A DNA stretch of 64,000 nt from Bacillota bacterium (lineage in GTDB: Bacteria; Bacillota; Sulfobacillia; JAJYWN01; JAJZPE01), in the NCBI GenBank assembly GCA_021787335.1, contig JAJYMC010000040.1:8314-72313 (forward strand). The letters run 5' to 3'. Each line of letters begins with the position of its first letter. The stretch's first letter is position 1. Shown here in pieces: positions 1 to 9,459 of the stretch. Below the pieces are notes generated by a model. The model saw nothing but the letters and a program-made list of their open reading frames with translations, did no database searches and was not told the DNA's origin. Both the position numbers and the translations under genes were made by a program.

Positions 1-351
1 AACTTGGAACGCACTTTCGTCGACACGCTACACCGCCCCGACCTCTCAGGCACCTGGGAGGAGGTTTGGAGGTCGTTGGAGTCAATTCAGTTTCTCGACC
101 TTGAGCAGGTACTTCGGTACACCGAGCTGCTCGGGAATGCAACCACGGCCGCGAAGGTGGGGTTCTTCTTGGAGCAGCATGGAGACACTCTGATGGTCAA
201 GGATCAGGATCTTGCTGCCTTCTTCCGGCTTCGGCCAAAGCGCCCCACCTACATGGATCGTAGCCAGCGCCAGGCTGGTCGTCTGGTGCCCCAGTGGAAC
301 CTCCTGGTTCCCCCGGATGTTCTTGACCGATCGTGGGGGGCTGAGTTATGA
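1..351 (+). CDS. AbiEi-family antitoxin/transcriptional regulator, C-terminal part (5' end outside window)
   Basis: The frame is open from base 1. The C-terminal sequence FVDTLHRPDLSG..EEVWRSLESI..AAKVGFFLEQH resembles the AbiEi C-terminal domain. The stop overlaps the next ATG (ATGA at 348-351). Confidence 0.5.
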   Translation, partial: NLERTFVDTLHRPDLSGTWEEVWRSLESIQFLDLEQVLRYTELLGNATTAAKVGFFLEQHGDTLMVKDQDLAAFFRLRPKRPTYMDRSQRQAGRLVPQWNLLVPPDVLDRSWGAEL

Positions 352-886
352 GGATCTCTCCTGAACAGTTAGCCGCGGATGCAGATGCGACAGGGTTCAG
401 ACCCGACAGTTGGCGGCGGGCAAGCTTGCCGCATTGTTGTCACGCCGGCAAGCTAGGGATCTCTTTGACAGCGTCCGAATCCTCCAGGCACCCGAAATCA
501 GTCGAGACAAGCTTCGACTCGCCTTGGTTGTCTATTGCGCGTTGAACCGGGAGAACCTGATCGATTCCTCTCCGGCGAGCGTTACCTTCAATCCGGCAGA
601 GCTGGCACAGAAGCTCGTCCCGACACTGCGTGTGATTGGCGATCGAAAGCAACGGCAAGGGACGATATACGGTAGTAGGTCTCTGGTTGAGGATTGCCGG
701 GTCGCACTGTCGAGTGTGTTACCCTTCACGGAACTCGAGCGCGAGTTTCTAAGGCGGGTGTGTGACTTGGGCGAAGTCGCTCCTGAGCTTCTTACAGCGG
801 ACGAGTCACTTCAGGACCGAATCAGGAGACACCCGGCTCTGGCGTGGAAGACCCAGAACGTCAGACAGCACAAAGGTTTGCCCTAA
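348..886 (+). pseudogene. AbiEii/AbiGii-family nucleotidyltransferase toxin, frameshifted and internally deleted
   Basis: The ATG at 348 gives MRISPEQLAADADATGFRPD (AbiEii-like N-terminus), after which the frame degenerates. A second frame (410-886) gives the C-terminal helical part (KLAALLSRRQARDLFD...). The nucleotidyltransferase core that normally lies between them is absent. Confidence 0.55.
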
Positions 887-1015
887 GGGAGTGGACGGCT
901 TGGTCGGTGCTTCCTACTACCGTATGAAGAGAAAACGCCGAAGATGGGTCTTGGCCGCCTGGCGTACTGGGCGGCCTTTCCGTGATGCCCTTGACACGAT
1001 TGGTGACGTCCACCC

Positions 1016-2074
1016 TTAGAACGGAATCTCCCAGTCCTCGATGACCTTCCGGGGCGCCAGTTCGACCGTCCCGCAGCAGCGCTTGTACTTCTTGCCGCTC
1101 CCGCACCAGCAGGGGTCGTTGCGACCGGGCGGCCAGGGGATGGTCTTTCCCCGCGCCGCCAGCTCGGCGGCGTACCGTTCCCGGGAGTCAAGGTGCCCGG
1201 GTTCGAGTCCCTGCCGCTCGCACCAGAGAAGATAGGCATCCATCTTGATGGCGACCAGGGACGGCTTGACGCCGATCGCTGACACGCTCAGCAGGCGCCG
1301 TTGGAGCAGGCGGCTGTATGCTTCGTGGTTCGGCGCTCGCCATCTGGCCTTGAGCCATGGCCACCTCTCGGTGGCCGCCGCGAAATCGGCCTGGGGGAAC
1401 CAGGCCATGATGGCAACCACTTCGTCGATGGTGTCCCCGATGTCCTCCAGGGCAAGGGCGGCGGCCTCGTACGGGGCTCGCGTCAAGAGCCCGTTCGACC
1501 GCTTCTCCGCTTCCCGGAGGTACCGCCGGACCCGGTCCTGGAGCTCGTCCGGAACGGGCCCAAGGGCGGTCAGGCTCTTCTCTCGTATCGCGGACAACTG
1601 GTCCGCGATGCCCTCGGGGTCGTCGGTTCGCAGGGCCAGATCGAGCCCCTCGGTCAGCCATTGCAGGGCCCGCTCATGGTCGCCGACATCGGTGTAGGCC
1701 ATGGCGGCGACGTTGTAAAGATAAATCTGGTCTGGGTTATCGTCCTTCATTGTCGCGAACAGGGCATGGGCCTCGTCGGCCCGGCCGGCTTGGAGGAGGA
1801 ATTCGGCGATGCGGTACCGCCCGTCGGGCTCTCCCTCCCAGCCATGGGCGATGGCTCGCTTCATGGCCGCGATGGCCTGATCGAAGCGGCCCAGCTTGGC
1901 GTAGTATCCGGCCTGCTCTTCGAGCAGCTCGGGCAGGTCGTAGAGCTCCGCGGCCCCTGGTTTGGTCACGATTTGATCAATGAGCCTGATGGCCGTCTCG
2001 TACTGGGGAGCCTTGGCCTTCTCGGCTTCTTCCAGAGCCTCGATCAGGTGGCGCAGGCTGGGCATGGTCTTCAT
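1016..2074 (-). CDS. TPR-like repeat protein with C-terminal SEC-C metal-binding motif
   Basis: 352-aa ORF. The C-terminus contains CWCGSGKKYKRCCG (SEC-C motif). The N-terminal half is helical-repeat/TPR-like. Confidence 0.75.
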   Translation of the reverse strand: MKTMPSLRHLIEALEEAEKAKAPQYETAIRLIDQIVTKPGAAELYDLPELLEEQAGYYAKLGRFDQAIAAMKRAIAHGWEGEPDGRYRIAEFLLQAGRADEAHALFATMKDDNPDQIYLYNVAAMAYTDVGDHERALQWLTEGLDLALRTDDPEGIADQLSAIREKSLTALGPVPDELQDRVRRYLREAEKRSNGLLTRAPYEAAALALEDIGDTIDEVVAIMAWFPQADFAAATERWPWLKARWRAPNHEAYSRLLQRRLLSVSAIGVKPSLVAIKMDAYLLWCERQGLEPGHLDSRERYAAELAARGKTIPWPPGRNDPCWCGSGKKYKRCCGTVELAPRKVIEDWEIPF

Positions 2075-2583
2075 TTCCCTCCTGATGGGCCGGCCCCGTG
2101 GCCATCGCCCACCGGGTTGTTGTCTTCCGGATCATCCTCGCCGGTATGGCCGTCCCACCGGCGGCCGTATTGGTCGGGGATCCAGCCCCAGCCCCAGACC
2201 GCGATGGGCTTCCGGGGAGTGATGCCCGCCTCTTCACGCGGGTCCACGTTGGTCTGAAAGACCCGGCAGTTGTGTTTCCAGTTGTCCCCGAGGTCGAAGA
2301 CGTAGGTGAACGGATCGCCCTCGACCATCACCGAACCGGCCTTAATCAGCGTGTAATGCATCCCATATTCATCATCTGGCAAACCGTAGCAGCGGCCGTC
2401 CGGAAACTCGAATTCGTGTAGGTGGGAGATGTCCCACCGGGCGAAGGCCTGATCTATCGCCTCGGCCAGGTCTTTCAAGGTGTGCCGGGGGCCGACCAGC
2501 ATGATCCGCCCCGGGCGCCACCTAAGCCGCAGGCCACCACCCGATTCCAGCTCAACCCGGACTGTGAACCAACCCTCGGTCAT
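2071..2583 (-). CDS. pRiA4b ORF-3-like family protein
   Basis: 170-aa ORF with the family-typical FxFDLGDNWxH core (YVFDLGDNWKHNCRV). There is a 4-nt overlap with the SEC-C gene downstream. Confidence 0.65.
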   Translation of the reverse strand: MTEGWFTVRVELESGGGLRLRWRPGRIMLVGPRHTLKDLAEAIDQAFARWDISHLHEFEFPDGRCYGLPDDEYGMHYTLIKAGSVMVEGDPFTYVFDLGDNWKHNCRVFQTNVDPREEAGITPRKPIAVWGWGWIPDQYGRRWDGHTGEDDPEDNNPVGDGHGAGPSGGK

Positions 2584-2680
2584 TCACCCACCCCCATCGT
2601 CACAGCATTGTTTGACACTTTCGCGTCAAGCCCTGCAATTCACTGGGCTATTCTCGCCAGAACCCACCCGGCGGGCACGG

Positions 2681-2711
2681 AAAAAGAGCAGGGTGGCATC
2701 GCCCCCTGCTC
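2681..2711 (-). terminator. Rho-independent terminator candidate after the saccharopine-dehydrogenase-family gene
   Basis: GAGCAGGG / CCCTGCTC 8-bp stem, followed on the minus strand by TTTTT. Confidence 0.5.
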
Positions 2712-2774
2712 CTTTCCGTCTCTGGGCCATTGCTCCTAAGTTCGCGTCCGGGCGCCGTCAAAGGCGGGCCTTAT

Positions 2775-4022
2775 TCACTCCACCACATGCTCGACCTTGA
2801 TCCCGCGCTTCTCGAGCTCGTCCATGTACGGCTGGAAGGGGACGTCGGTCGGGTAGATGAGGCCGCGCTGCTTGATGGTCCCGTCGAGGATCATGTGGGC
2901 GCCGATGCTGGCCGGGTAGCCGACCGTGCGGCTCATGGCGGTGAAGCCGGTGGCCAGGTCGCGGTAGTCGATGATCTGGTAGATTACGCGGGCGGGCCGG
3001 CCGCCCTTCTTGCCGCGCGCGTCGATGCGGATGAGGGCCACGTCGCGTTCGCTGTCGGCGTAGTGGAACTGTTTCTGCGAGCCCATCAGGGCGGTGATGA
3101 AGTCGAGCGGGGTCACGGTGACCTCGCCGGCGCCGCCCTGGGCCGCGCCCGTCTTAGCCTGGCCCACCTTGACCGGCACCTCGGTCAAGAACCCGCACTT
3201 GGCCGCGACCTCCCAGAAGGCTCCGTGGCCGGGCCAGCGGTTGGTGTAACGGGCCATCGAGCGGACGGTCTTCCCGATGCCCAGCTCGTCGATGTACTTG
3301 ATGGCGTCGCCGTTGGGGAAGGACTCGAGCCGGCCGCCGACCTCGGGGATGTCGAGGTAGTGCATGTTGGCCGGCGCAAACTGGTCGGCCGCGGCGATGT
3401 CCACCACCGCGCCGTCCTTGAGGATGCGCGCGGGCCGGTAGTACGAATGGAAGAGGCCCTCGATGGACCAGGAGAACTTATAGTTGATGGGGTTGTTGCA
3501 GGCCGCGCGCTCGGGGAAGCCGGCCCCGTAAGAGTAGAACTCATAGACCTCGTCCAGCTCCCGCACGGCCTGCAGGCTCAGGGCCAGGTCGATGCCGGGG
3601 TCCATGCCGAACTCGCACAGCTGGGTGATGCCCTTCTTCTTGGCCTTCTCGTCGAGGGCGGCCAGCTCGTCGCGCCGCGCGGCGACCTTGGCCGGGTCTT
3701 CCTCGCCGGGGTTCGTGTAGTACATGGTGCTGACACTGCTGACCCCGACCTCGGCGGCCAACTTGGCGGTGGGCAGGCTGAGCCGGCCCGGCAGCAGCTC
3801 GATGACCACGTCGGACTGGCCCATCAGGGCCGCGAGCCCGTCCCGGTCGGAAGCGTCCAGGGTCACCCCGCGGACCTTGTCCGACTTGGGCAGGCGCTCC
3901 TTGAGCACCTGGGCGCCGTCGACGACGGTGACCTGCGCGATGTCCCGGGACGCAAGCAGGTCGTGCAGGGCCACGCGCCCCTGCATGCCCAGGCCGAGCA
4001 ATAAGACCCTTCCTCCAGCCAT
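2775..4022 (-). CDS. Saccharopine dehydrogenase family NAD(P)-binding oxidoreductase
   Basis: 415-aa ORF with N-terminal Rossmann motif VLLLGLGMQGR and overall saccharopine/homospermidine-dehydrogenase-like sequence. Confidence 0.8.
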   Translation of the reverse strand: MAGGRVLLLGLGMQGRVALHDLLASRDIAQVTVVDGAQVLKERLPKSDKVRGVTLDASDRDGLAALMGQSDVVIELLPGRLSLPTAKLAAEVGVSSVSTMYYTNPGEEDPAKVAARRDELAALDEKAKKKGITQLCEFGMDPGIDLALSLQAVRELDEVYEFYSYGAGFPERAACNNPINYKFSWSIEGLFHSYYRPARILKDGAVVDIAAADQFAPANMHYLDIPEVGGRLESFPNGDAIKYIDELGIGKTVRSMARYTNRWPGHGAFWEVAAKCGFLTEVPVKVGQAKTGAAQGGAGEVTVTPLDFITALMGSQKQFHYADSERDVALIRIDARGKKGGRPARVIYQIIDYRDLATGFTAMSRTVGYPASIGAHMILDGTIKQRGLIYPTDVPFQPYMDELEKRGIKVEHVVE

Positions 4023-4087
4023 GTGGCTCCCTCCATATGGTGAGTGCGAAGTGTTGAGTGGATGTGGCGCGGGGCCGTGGGTCTGGT

Positions 4088-4907
<820 letters not shown>

Positions 4908-4921
<14 letters not shown>

Positions 4922-5558
4922 GCTTGCTCGCCATCCTTTCCACCCGCTGCTGGAGCAGCGAGAACGCTGAACTCAGGACCCAGTAGATGGCGGCGGCCTC
5001 GACATAGAGGGTCAGCGGCCGGTAGGTCCGGGCGATGACCACCGACGCGGCCCTCAGGAGTTCCTGCACCGTGATCACGGAAACCAGGGACGTGTCCTTC
5101 AAAAGACTGATGTACGAGTTGCCGATGGTCGGCAGGGCGGTGCGGAACGACTGCGGGACGATGATCCGCCGCATCGCCTGCCAGTAGGTCATCGACAGGG
5201 ACAGGGCGGCGTCCATCTGGCCGCGGTCCACGGACTCCAGGGCCGCCCGGAAGGACTCGGACAGGTAGGCCCCGACGTTCAGGCTGAGGGCGATGATGGC
5301 CGAGGTGATGGGCCCGAAGACCAGGCCCACCTGCGGCAGGCCGAAATAGACGATGAAGATCTGGACCAGGAGGGGCGTACCCCGCATCACCGAGATGTAG
5401 ACCCGGGCTATGGGGTCGGCGACCGGGACCTTGGCAACCCTGACCACCGCGGCCAAGAGCCCCAGGACGAGGCCGAAGGCGATGGAGACCACCGACAGGA
5501 AGACGGTCATCAGGGAGGCCTCTGCCAGGTATGAGAACGACGATACCATCAGGCTCAT
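4908..5558 (-). CDS. Polar amino-acid ABC transporter permease (His/Glu/Gln/Arg/opine family)
   Basis: 216-aa multi-TM ORF with the typical permease sequence. It overlaps the ATPase gene. Confidence 0.9.
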
Positions 5559-5661
5559 CCGGCTTCACTCCAAACCATGGGGATACGCCCGCTCCTTGGT
5601 CTCACCGGCCGGCGCGGTCACGCCCGCGGCGCCACGCCGGCCGGCACTGCTACCTCCGGTC

Positions 5662-6456
5662 TCACCAGGCCGGCGGCTTCATCCCGAACCACTTCATGTA
5701 GATGGTGTCGTATGTCCCGTCGGTCTTCATCGCCGCCAGGACCTCGTTCACCTTCTGTAGGAAATCGGGGTTGTCCTTCTTGATGGCCATGCCGATGCGG
5801 TCCTGCTCGAGGAGCCCGCTGGTGACCTGGATCGGCAGGCTGCCCTTCTTGATGGCGTCGCCGGCCAGCAGCTGGTCGTTGATGATGACGTCGAGCCGCT
5901 TATTCAGGAGGTCCTGCAGGTAATCGTTGAAGGCCGCATAACCCTTTACATCGGCCCCCTGCACGGTCTTGGCCAGCGTCTCGAAGTTGGTCCCGGTGCC
6001 CACGCCGACCTTGGCCCCCTTGATGTCGGAGAGCTGCTTGAACCGGTCGTCACCCTTCCTGGTGATGAGGACCGCGCCGGTCATGACGTACGGCTCGGTG
6101 AAGTCGACGCTCTTCTTGCGCTCTTCGGTGATGCTCATCTGGGCGATGACGATGTCGTACTTGTCGGCCAGGAGGCCGGCGATGATGCCCTTCCACTCGA
6201 CCCCGACGAACTCAACCTTGACGCCGAGCCGCTTGCCGACTTCCTTGGCGATGTCCACGTCGAACCCGTCGTACTGCTTCTGATTGTTGACGAAGTTGAA
6301 CGGCGGATAGGTCCCTTCGATGCCGACCCGCAGGACCCCGCTCTTCTTGACCTGCTTCCAGGTCGTCGTCTTGCCGCCGCAGCCCGCGGTGACTCCCACC
6401 AACAGGGCCAGGGCCAGCGCCGCGGCGATGATCCGCCACACATGTTTCCTTGTCAT
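5662..6456 (-). CDS. Amino-acid ABC transporter substrate-binding lipoprotein
   Basis: Signal peptide with lipobox (LVGVTAGC) and a family-3 solute-binding sequence (VGIEGTYPPFNF...). Confidence 0.9.
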   Translation of the reverse strand: MTRKHVWRIIAAALALALLVGVTAGCGGKTTTWKQVKKSGVLRVGIEGTYPPFNFVNNQKQYDGFDVDIAKEVGKRLGVKVEFVGVEWKGIIAGLLADKYDIVIAQMSITEERKKSVDFTEPYVMTGAVLITRKGDDRFKQLSDIKGAKVGVGTGTNFETLAKTVQGADVKGYAAFNDYLQDLLNKRLDVIINDQLLAGDAIKKGSLPIQVTSGLLEQDRIGMAIKKDNPDFLQKVNEVLAAMKTDGTYDTIYMKWFGMKPPAW

Positions 6457-6478
6457 GGACCGTCCTCCTCTTCAAAGG

Positions 6479-6500
6479 TTGTATCCAAAGTTGGATACAA
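6479..6500. promoter_or_regulatory. Perfect 10-2-10 palindrome TTGTATCCAA-AG-TTGGATACAA; candidate GntR operator in the divergent promoter region
   Basis: The inverted repeat was read directly. It lies between the ABC operon start (6456) and the GntR start (6595) and contains a GT...AC core typical of GntR/FadR-type sites. Confidence 0.55.
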
Positions 6501-6503
6501 TTT

Positions 6504-6512
6504 TGGTATAAT
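6504..6512 (+). promoter_or_regulatory. Extended -10 promoter element TGGTATAAT for the GntR gene
   Basis: TGnTATAAT match located 83 nt upstream of the ATG at 6595 and directly after the palindrome. Confidence 0.45.
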
Positions 6513-6594
6513 TGAATTCAACGAATTAAGAAAGGTTCCTCTTTGGAAACTGCCCTCTGAGGAAGTTTTTGACCAGCTAGGGAGGACGTTTGAG

Positions 6595-7263
6595 ATGGCT
6601 CCCCCAAAGAAAGGCCAGAGCGGCCAGGCCGCGGTGAGTCCCGCCGAAGAGGCCGTCTTCCTGTCCTTACGGGACGACATCATGTCCCAGAGGCTGTCCC
6701 CGGGTGAACCGCTCCGCGAGGAGGCCTTGGCCGAGCGCTTCGGCGTCAGCCGGACCCCCATCCGGGCGGCGCTCAAGCGCCTGTCCTGGGGCGGCCTGGT
6801 CTCCTACCAGAAGAACTTTGGCTGCCGGGTGGCCAAGCCCCAGCTGGCCGAGGTGGAGCCGGCCTTCTGGCTGCGGGCGCAGCTCGAGGGCCTGGCCGCC
6901 GCGGAGGCCGCCAGACGGGCAACCGCCGGGCAGGTGCGAGCCCTTACGGCCCTCCTCGAACGGGAACGGGCCGCCTTCGCCGCCCACTCCATGGGCGACA
7001 TCCTCGCCGTCAGCTTCGAGTTCCACATGACCATCGCCCGGATGGCCGGCAACGAATTGCTCGAGCGCTTCATCCGCGAACTGAACGAGCGGACCTCGGT
7101 GCACGTGGCCTTCTATGATTTCCTGGGGGCCGACACGCCCCGGTCCCCGTCGGAGCACGCCGACGTGGTGGCGGCGATCAGGCGCCACGACCCGGCGGCC
7201 GCCCGGCGGACCATGGAGGCGCACATCCTGTCGACGCGGAAGCATCTGCGCGTGGCGGAGTGA
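6595..7263 (+). CDS. GntR-family transcriptional regulator (FadR/FCD-type C-terminal domain)
   Basis: wHTH sequence LREEALAERFGVSRTPIRAALKRL with a helical C-terminal domain. The ATG at 6595 follows a GGAGGA RBS, and the longer track ORF (6442) runs through the promoter region. Confidence 0.85.
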   Translation: MAPPKKGQSGQAAVSPAEEAVFLSLRDDIMSQRLSPGEPLREEALAERFGVSRTPIRAALKRLSWGGLVSYQKNFGCRVAKPQLAEVEPAFWLRAQLEGLAAAEAARRATAGQVRALTALLERERAAFAAHSMGDILAVSFEFHMTIARMAGNELLERFIRELNERTSVHVAFYDFLGADTPRSPSEHADVVAAIRRHDPAAARRTMEAHILSTRKHLRVAE

Positions 7264-7331
7264 GACACTGGGGCCGAGGCCGCGGATCTGGGGCCCCGGG
7301 GTTGGGGCCGCGGACACATTGGGGGCATGCG

Positions 7332-7361
7332 AAGGCACCGGCCAGAAGCGGCCGGTGCCTT
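7332..7361 (+). terminator. Hairpin terminator candidate after the GntR gene
   Basis: AAGGCACCGGCC-agaagc-GGCCGGTGCCTT, a 12-bp stem. The T-tract is weak. Confidence 0.45.
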
Positions 7362-7494
7362 TCTAACGGAAAATTCCGTGAGCGTGCCGGTCGGCCCTCG
7401 CCCCGGAGACTTCATTCCCGAAGCTATGTCGCAGGAACCGGGTGCGTCGCCCGCGAACCTCCTGGCTGCAAGCTTACCATCGGAGTGAAACCCT

Positions 7495-8076
7495 TTGCCG
7501 ACATTGTTATCGAAAGTGCCCCTCGCGGTCGTCATCTGGCTCTTCCCGCTGGCCTTCCTCATCCACGACGGGGAGGAGATCGCCACCGTCGAATGGTGGA
7601 TGCGGACCAACGGCGGCGCCCTTCGCGACCGCCTGGGCCGGCTGAAGCTGGCCGGTCGGCGGAGCTTGGCCGACAGCCCGCTCGTCCGGGCGGTCCTGGC
7701 CAGGGCCGAGGAGACCAACACCGCCCGCTTCAGCGCCATCGTCGCCGGCCTGTTCGTGGGCATCTGCGCGGCCGCGGCCCTGGCCGCATCGGGGTCGTAC
7801 CTGTGGGTCACCGGCGCCCTGATCATCTTCTTCGTCCACATCTTCACCCACCTCGGGCAGACGCTGTTGGCCCGCCGGTACACGCCCGGCGTCGTGACCG
7901 CCGTCGTGATCGCCCTGCCGTACTCGGTCTGGGCGCTGGGCCGGCTGCTCGCGGACGGCGCGGTCACCTGGGCGACCGTCTGGTCGAGCCTCCCGATTGG
8001 ATTGGCGGGCGTCACGGCCCTGTTCGTCATGGGGTATGCTTTGGGGAGACTGCTCATCAGGAGGGGGAGAGCATGA
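7495..8076 (+). CDS. HXXEE-domain membrane protein
   Basis: Multi-TM 193-aa ORF with LIHDGEEIATVEWW (HxxEE motif). Confidence 0.6.
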   Translation: MPTLLSKVPLAVVIWLFPLAFLIHDGEEIATVEWWMRTNGGALRDRLGRLKLAGRRSLADSPLVRAVLARAEETNTARFSAIVAGLFVGICAAAALAASGSYLWVTGALIIFFVHIFTHLGQTLLARRYTPGVVTAVVIALPYSVWALGRLLADGAVTWATVWSSLPIGLAGVTALFVMGYALGRLLIRRGRA

Positions 8077-8594
8077 ACAAAGACCGGGCCTTGGAGTCGA
8101 TGAAAGCCTTCTACGGTGATGACGCCGACCGCATCGACCACACCCTGCGGGTCCTCGACTTCACCGAGCGCATCTGCGAAGGCGAGGGCGTGACCGACCC
8201 CTTCCAGCGCGAGGTCATCGTCATGGCCGCCATCTTCCACGATGTGGGCATCCCGGTGGCCCTGCGCAAGCACGGTACCGCGGCCGGCCCGTTCCAGGAA
8301 CGTGAGGGCGAGCCGGTGGCCCGCCGCCTCCTCATCGAGATCGGCACGCGGCCGGACGTCCTCGAGCGGGTCTGCCACATCATCGGCCATCACCACACCC
8401 GCGAAGCCGTGGATGGCCTGGACTTCCAGATCTTCTGGGAGTCCGACGCGCTGGTCAACATCCCGCGGGACCTTGCGCGGCAGCGGGCCAAGGGGCAGGC
8501 GCCCGCGGAGCTGCCCCCCGAAAAGCGCCGTGAACTCATCGATACATACTTCACGACGGCCACGGGGACGCGGCTGATCATGGGGCTGATCTGA
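8073..8594 (+). CDS. HD-domain metal-dependent phosphohydrolase
   Basis: Contains DHTLRV...AAIFHDVG...IIGHHH motifs. The ATG at 8073 overlaps the upstream stop (ATGA) and follows a GGAGGGGGAG RBS. Confidence 0.75.
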   Translation: MNKDRALESMKAFYGDDADRIDHTLRVLDFTERICEGEGVTDPFQREVIVMAAIFHDVGIPVALRKHGTAAGPFQEREGEPVARRLLIEIGTRPDVLERVCHIIGHHHTREAVDGLDFQIFWESDALVNIPRDLARQRAKGQAPAELPPEKRRELIDTYFTTATGTRLIMGLI

Positions 8595-8700
8595 GGGGAG
8601 GCGCGAGCCTCCCCTTTCCCATGCGGTGAACCCGGGGCGGAGCCCGGAAGGGTTTCCCACGCCTTCCTAGAAAAGGGGTATCGAGGAAGCGCCGTGAAGG

Positions 8701-9459
8701 GTGGGACCGCTCATGGCCACTGCGGATGACATCCTCGTCCTCGATGGCGTGACTCGGCGATTCGGCGGGTTCCTCCTCGACGGAATCAGCTTCAGGCTGA
8801 GGCCGGGCTCGGTGATGGGCCTGCTCGGCCCGAATGGAGCGGGCAAGACCACGACCATCAAGCTCATCCTCAACCTTCTCCACCTCGACGCCGGGAGCAT
8901 CAGCGTGTTCGGCCTCGACAGCCGCCGGGACGAGCTGGCCATCAAGCGGAAGCTTGGCTACCTGGGCGAGCGGGCCATCCTGCCGCCGCAAGGAGATGCC
9001 CTGTGGCTCGGAAGGTTCCTGGCGGTCTGCTTCCCTGAGTGGGATGACCGGCGCTACCGCCATTATCTCAAACGCTTCGGGGTACCCACGGCCAAGCCGG
9101 CGGGCACTCTGTCCAAGGGGACTCGGACAAAATTAGCCCTGGCAGCGGCGATGGGACACCGACCAGGGCTTCTTCTCATGGACGAACCGACCACCGGTCT
9201 GGACCCCTTGGTTCGTCACGAGGTCGTGGAGGCCATCCGGGAGGTGGCCGGTGACGGGCGAAGGGCCGTCCTCTTCTCGACCCACATCGTCTCCGACCTC
9301 GAGGCCGCGGCCGATGCGGTGACCATCCTCGACCAGGGCCAGGTCATCGCCTCGGAGGCCAAGGACCGGCTGCTTGGTCGCTGGCCCGGTCTCTCCCTGG
9401 AGGAAGTCTTCCGTCGCCTGGTCAAGACGTCATCGATAGAGGAAGAGAGTTCGTCATGA
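8701..9459 (+). CDS. ABC transporter ATP-binding protein (ABC-2 exporter type)
   Basis: Walker A GPNGAGKTT, signature LSKGTRTKLALA, Walker B LLLMDEPTTGLD. Confidence 0.9.
   Translation: MGPLMATADDILVLDGVTRRFGGFLLDGISFRLRPGSVMGLLGPNGAGKTTTIKLILNLLHLDAGSISVFGLDSRRDELAIKRKLGYLGERAILPPQGDALWLGRFLAVCFPEWDDRRYRHYLKRFGVPTAKPAGTLSKGTRTKLALAAAMGHRPGLLLMDEPTTGLDPLVRHEVVEAIREVAGDGRRAVLFSTHIVSDLEAAADAVTILDQGQVIASEAKDRLLGRWPGLSLEEVFRRLVKTSSIEEESSS

Noticed and set aside
1190-1235. tRNA-3'-end-like string GGGTTCGAGTCCCTGCCGCTCGCACCA, a possible tRNA gene or integrase att remnant.
   Set aside because: No complementary acceptor 5' strand and no D or anticodon arms lie upstream. The T-stem has a mismatch and the CCA is one base out of register. 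The string sits inside the well-supported SEC-C/TPR coding frame, so it is most likely chance.
2730-4004. Long antisense ORFs with protein-sized lengths. Examples are 2730..4004 (+), 7113..8660 (-), 15648..16805 (-), 28190..30700 (+), 40244..41548 (+), 46683..49028 (+) and 51596..53698 (-).
   Set aside because: They mirror recognisable genes on the other strand. They have Arg/Gly/Pro/Asp-heavy low-information composition and no motifs. This is the usual stop-codon-poor artefact of very GC-rich DNA.
6442-6594. Longer version of the GntR ORF starting at 6442.
   Set aside because: It would translate the AT-rich promoter/operator region and overlap the divergent gene start. An ATG with a good RBS at 6595 gives a normal-length GntR protein.
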